Assembly: GCA_041663565.1 (NCBI GenBank)
Contig: JBAYMJ010000003.1
Location: 4,188 to 68,187, forward strand
DNA length: 64,000 nt
Reading direction: 5' to 3'
Source of the DNA: Candidatus Micrarchaeia archaeon
GTDB taxonomy: Archaea; Micrarchaeota; Micrarchaeia; Norongarragalinales; CAINOH01
The notes under the pieces were generated by a model that searched no databases, was not told the DNA's origin, and saw nothing but the letters and a program-made list of their open reading frames with translations. The translations under genes and the position numbers were made by a program. Position 1 is the first letter of the stretch, and every line of letters begins with the position of its first letter. Shown here one piece after another: positions 61,220 to 64,000 of the stretch.

Positions 61220-62446
61220 TCACTCGTAACGCAGCGCGTCAACGGGCCGCAGGTGCGAAGCCTGCCGCGCGGGCACCATCCCCGATAGTGCGCCTATGAT
61301 GAACGAGAACGCAAGTGCGCCTATTATCAGTTCCGGCGGGAAGTACAGCTTCAGCAGGTCGGTGCCAAGCACCTGGTTCGCTATGACCTCCGCGGCCTTG
61401 CCCATGACGTAGCCAAGGATTACGCCGATTACGCCGCCCACGAGGCCAAGCAGCCCGGACTCTATCAAAAACAGCACCATTATTTCGGAGTTCTTCGCGC
61501 CGACTGCCTTCATTATGCCTATTTCCTTTGTGCGCTCAAGGACCGCGGTGTACATCGTGTTCATGATTCCTACAGCGCCGACGAGCAGCGAGATTGCCGC
61601 TATGCCTATGATTATCGCCTGCACCACGCCGAAAATCGTGTTGAAGCTCTCAAGCAGCTGCTCGGAGGTGCTGACCTGGAAGTCCTGGGTCTTTGACGTC
61701 ACCCCCCGCGACTGGCGCAGCGCCTTCTCGACGTCGTCCCGCAGGTCTCCGGGCACTACGCCGGAGGACAGCTTGAGCACGAAACGGCTGTATCCGGTCG
61801 AGCCCATGACCTCCTTTGCCGCGTCGCCGGGAATTATGAGCGCGCCATCCACCAGCGGGTCGCCCACCTTCTTGAGTATTCCCACCACCCGGAACTCCGT
61901 GTTGTTTATCACCACTATGTCGTTGAGCTTGAGCTCGTGGCCGAAGATGTTCTCGGTTGCAAGCCGGGCTCCGATGAGGGCCTTGTACCTGTCGTTGGAA
62001 TTGAGGTCCCGGCCCCGCTCTATCTCCATGCCCATGAACTCCTCTACGGGCCCCGTCTCGTCGCTGGCCGTCGATATGCCGCTTACCATCGCAAAGGTCT
62101 TCTTGTCGCCGTGCTGTGCCTGCATCGACTGCGTCATCACGTATCCTGCCTTCGCGACCCCGTTGACCCGCTTTACCGCCGCAAAGTCGCGGTCGGTGAG
62201 CTTGCTTGACGCGTACATTGACGATATCGCGCTGCCCCCCGGAGTGACCGAGAGCTTGTCCACGCCGATTTTCTGGAACTCGCCGTTGATTGAGTCTGAA
62301 AGCCCCTGGCCGAGCGCAATCAGCGCAACAACTGACGCGACGCCGATGAAGATGCCGAGCATCGTCAAGAAGGAGCGGAGCTTGCGGTGCGAGATGCTGT
62401 CAAGGGCGAGCGAAAAGAGCGACAGGAAACTGTCAAGGCCGGGCAC
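61220..62446 (-). CDS. ABC transporter permease, FtsX/MacB-type
   Basis: N-terminal TM (SFLTMLGIFIGVASVVALIALG), large periplasmic-type domain, C-terminal FtsX 3-TM bundle, and ...ARQASHLRPVDALRYE at the end. Confidence 0.8.
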   Translation of the reverse strand: MPGLDSFLSLFSLALDSISHRKLRSFLTMLGIFIGVASVVALIALGQGLSDSINGEFQKIGVDKLSVTPGGSAISSMYASSKLTDRDFAAVKRVNGVAKAGYVMTQSMQAQHGDKKTFAMVSGISTASDETGPVEEFMGMEIERGRDLNSNDRYKALIGARLATENIFGHELKLNDIVVINNTEFRVVGILKKVGDPLVDGALIIPGDAAKEVMGSTGYSRFVLKLSSGVVPGDLRDDVEKALRQSRGVTSKTQDFQVSTSEQLLESFNTIFGVVQAIIIGIAAISLLVGAVGIMNTMYTAVLERTKEIGIMKAVGAKNSEIMVLFLIESGLLGLVGGVIGVILGYVMGKAAEVIANQVLGTDLLKLYFPPELIIGALAFSFIIGALSGMVPARQASHLRPVDALRYE

Positions 62447-62541
62447 AGCATAACACCAATCAAATCAACGGGATGGAAATGAAAGAAAAAAAGGAAGAGG
62501 AAAGGAAAAGGGAAAAGCGCCTTCGGACGCGTTCGCCCAAA

Positions 62542-63843
62542 TCACTTCTTTGCCTTCTGCCTTCCGAAGTACTCCGAGACGAACCCGGACACCGGCGGGA
62601 GCGCGTACTTGTAGAGAAGGTACAAAACGACAAGCAGGAGTATTATGTACAGCAGCGTGTTGTCCGGAATCTTCTCAAGCCCGTACTGTATGGCCTCCAC
62701 CTGCGAAAACAGCGGCAGGGACGCGGCTGCGGCCGACGCGAACTCTGCGTTCGAGGTGTCCGAGTAGTAGAGCTTCGCGTTCAATGCAAGCGGGCCGGTC
62801 GCGTTCTCCGACACGTGGATGCTGAACTCGGCGGTCTCGAAGTCGTCGGCATTGATGGAGCCGATGAACTGCGAGGGCGCGGTCAGTATCACGTAGTCCT
62901 TGGAAGGCTGCATCTCGATGCGCAGGGTCTTGACGTTGACAAGCCCGCGGTTCATCACGCGGAAGATAACCTTCCCGGTTGAGCCTGCGCGAGTCACCTC
63001 GGTGCTTTCGGCGGCAATCTCCAGGTTGGGCTCGCTGCCCACCACGAGGCCCGACGACTGGTTGATGGAATACGAGCGGCCGAGCTTGTCAGAATAGGTG
63101 ACTGTTATCGGCAGCTTGTACACCCCCGACGACGCGGACGGGTACGCCATCAGCTCGAACGAGAAGTTGGCCGACTGGTAGGGCGCGACCTCCGAGACGA
63201 GCTTTTCATTGGTCCCGCCCACCACAGCGAACGGGAAGGCGTCGGAGCCGACACCCAGGCTTATCTTGAAGTCGCGGAGGTAGTTGGGCGATGCGCTGTT
63301 CACGAAGACGTTGAGAGTGGCCTTCTGCCCGGGCCTAATAGTTTCCGGGTCTGACACTACTGACACGATGTTCACGGTCGAGGCCTTCGCCTTCACGCTT
63401 ACCTTCAGCTGGATGGTGTTGGACTGGCCGGTGTCCAGGTTCTTGCACGTGAAGTCGAGGTAGTTCGTGCCCTCCACTGCGGTGTCTGCGACGTGCACCC
63501 GGAAGTTCAAAAGCGCCTCCTTGGCCTCGGCCATGCGGGTGAACGTGCGGTAGTTCTCCTCGCCCGCATCCATCGAGAAGGGGTATTTCGGGTCAAGGCC
63601 ACAGGTCACCGAGAGCGTGTCCTTGCCCGCGTTCTTTACCGACGCGAAGAAGTCGAAGTACGTGCCCGGCTCTACCGGGAACGGGGTGTAATACGACTCG
63701 TTGCGCAGCTCAATCTGGCCTGCGGACTGGCTGCCGTCCAGCGCAAGTGCTGCCGGTGAAAAAAGCACCACTGCAATCAATGCAAAAAACAACATTCTCG
63801 GTTCGTTCCTGTTCATAAAAGACACCTCGTTTGAAACATCCAA
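62542..63843 (-). CDS. Secreted, C-terminally anchored beta-rich protein (COG1361/CARDB-like) associated with the ABC transporter
   Basis: Signal peptide MLFFALIAVVLFSPAALA, repeated beta-sandwich-like segments, and a C-terminal TM LLYIILLLVVLYLLY followed by basic residues. Confidence 0.5.
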   Translation of the reverse strand: MDVSNEVSFMNRNEPRMLFFALIAVVLFSPAALALDGSQSAGQIELRNESYYTPFPVEPGTYFDFFASVKNAGKDTLSVTCGLDPKYPFSMDAGEENYRTFTRMAEAKEALLNFRVHVADTAVEGTNYLDFTCKNLDTGQSNTIQLKVSVKAKASTVNIVSVVSDPETIRPGQKATLNVFVNSASPNYLRDFKISLGVGSDAFPFAVVGGTNEKLVSEVAPYQSANFSFELMAYPSASSGVYKLPITVTYSDKLGRSYSINQSSGLVVGSEPNLEIAAESTEVTRAGSTGKVIFRVMNRGLVNVKTLRIEMQPSKDYVILTAPSQFIGSINADDFETAEFSIHVSENATGPLALNAKLYYSDTSNAEFASAAAASLPLFSQVEAIQYGLEKIPDNTLLYIILLLVVLYLLYKYALPPVSGFVSEYFGRQKAKK

Positions 63844-63877
63844 AAGCCAAACCTACCCAAAAACCCATAATCAAGAC

Positions 63878-64000
63878 TTACTTTTTAACCTGCACCGACG
63901 CCTCGTCGGAAAGCACGCGGCCGTCGCTGATGCGGATTATGCGGCGTGCGTTGCGTGCCACGTTCTCGTCGTGCGTGACAAGCACTATGGTCTTTCCCTC
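63878..64000 (-). CDS. ABC transporter ATP-binding protein, 3' end only (MacB/LolD-like)
   Basis: The reverse translation ends ...EGKTIVLVTHDENVARNARRIIRISDGRVLSDEASVQVKK*. The gene continues beyond the window. Confidence 0.6.
   Translation of the reverse strand, partial: EGKTIVLVTHDENVARNARRIIRISDGRVLSDEASVQVKK

Overview
This is a compact, gene-dense, GC-rich (about 60% by eye) archaeal chromosomal segment. The archaeal assignment rests on ribosomal proteins S3Ae/uS15/L11/L1/P0/P1, Spt5, Rpo6, Sec61-gamma, FtsZ, class III (prepilin-type) signal peptides and the archaeal-type mevalonate pathway. Short intergenic gaps and many 4-nt gene overlaps suggest a small-genome, possibly DPANN-like, organism; that is inference only.

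Main blocks:
(1) 7.5-18.5 kb: an almost complete archaeal mevalonate supercluster. It holds IPK, AcnX small and large subunits, a UbiD-like decarboxylase, UbiX, DUF35, thiolase, HMG-CoA synthase and HMG-CoA reductase. It is interrupted by a prepilin-like protein carrying an FGE/SUMF1 (C-type-lectin-fold) domain and by NMNAT.
(2) 19-22.6 kb: an archaeal type IV pilus machinery operon (ATPase plus two TadC/FlaJ-like membrane proteins).
(3) 24.4-31.3 kb: a tight four-gene operon encoding a prepilin-like protein and three large paralogous tail-fibre-like secreted proteins. They share a near-identical, mosaic 5' module and have different C-terminal domains: two hyper-glycine-rich, one with a Peptidase_S74-type intramolecular chaperone. 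I consider this the best candidate for an undescribed cell-surface/host-attachment system.
(4) 31.8-42.2 kb: ftsZ, then the secE-spt5-L11 ... L1-P0-P1 cluster. The cluster is split by a ~6 kb insertion that includes a low-GC Fic gene preceded by two 35-bp palindromic operator-like repeats.
(5) 42-64 kb: housekeeping genes. These include pyruvate kinase, tRNA-Cys directly upstream of cysS, a PPAT-DUF359 (dephospho-CoA kinase) fusion, endonuclease III, a tailed histone-fold protein, a Bud23-like methyltransferase, LemA/DUF2207, Rpo6 and a MacB-type ABC transporter.

I recognised no rRNA, CRISPR array, transposase or integrase. All calls come from reading the translations and sequence by eye, so start codons and family assignments need HMM/BLAST confirmation.
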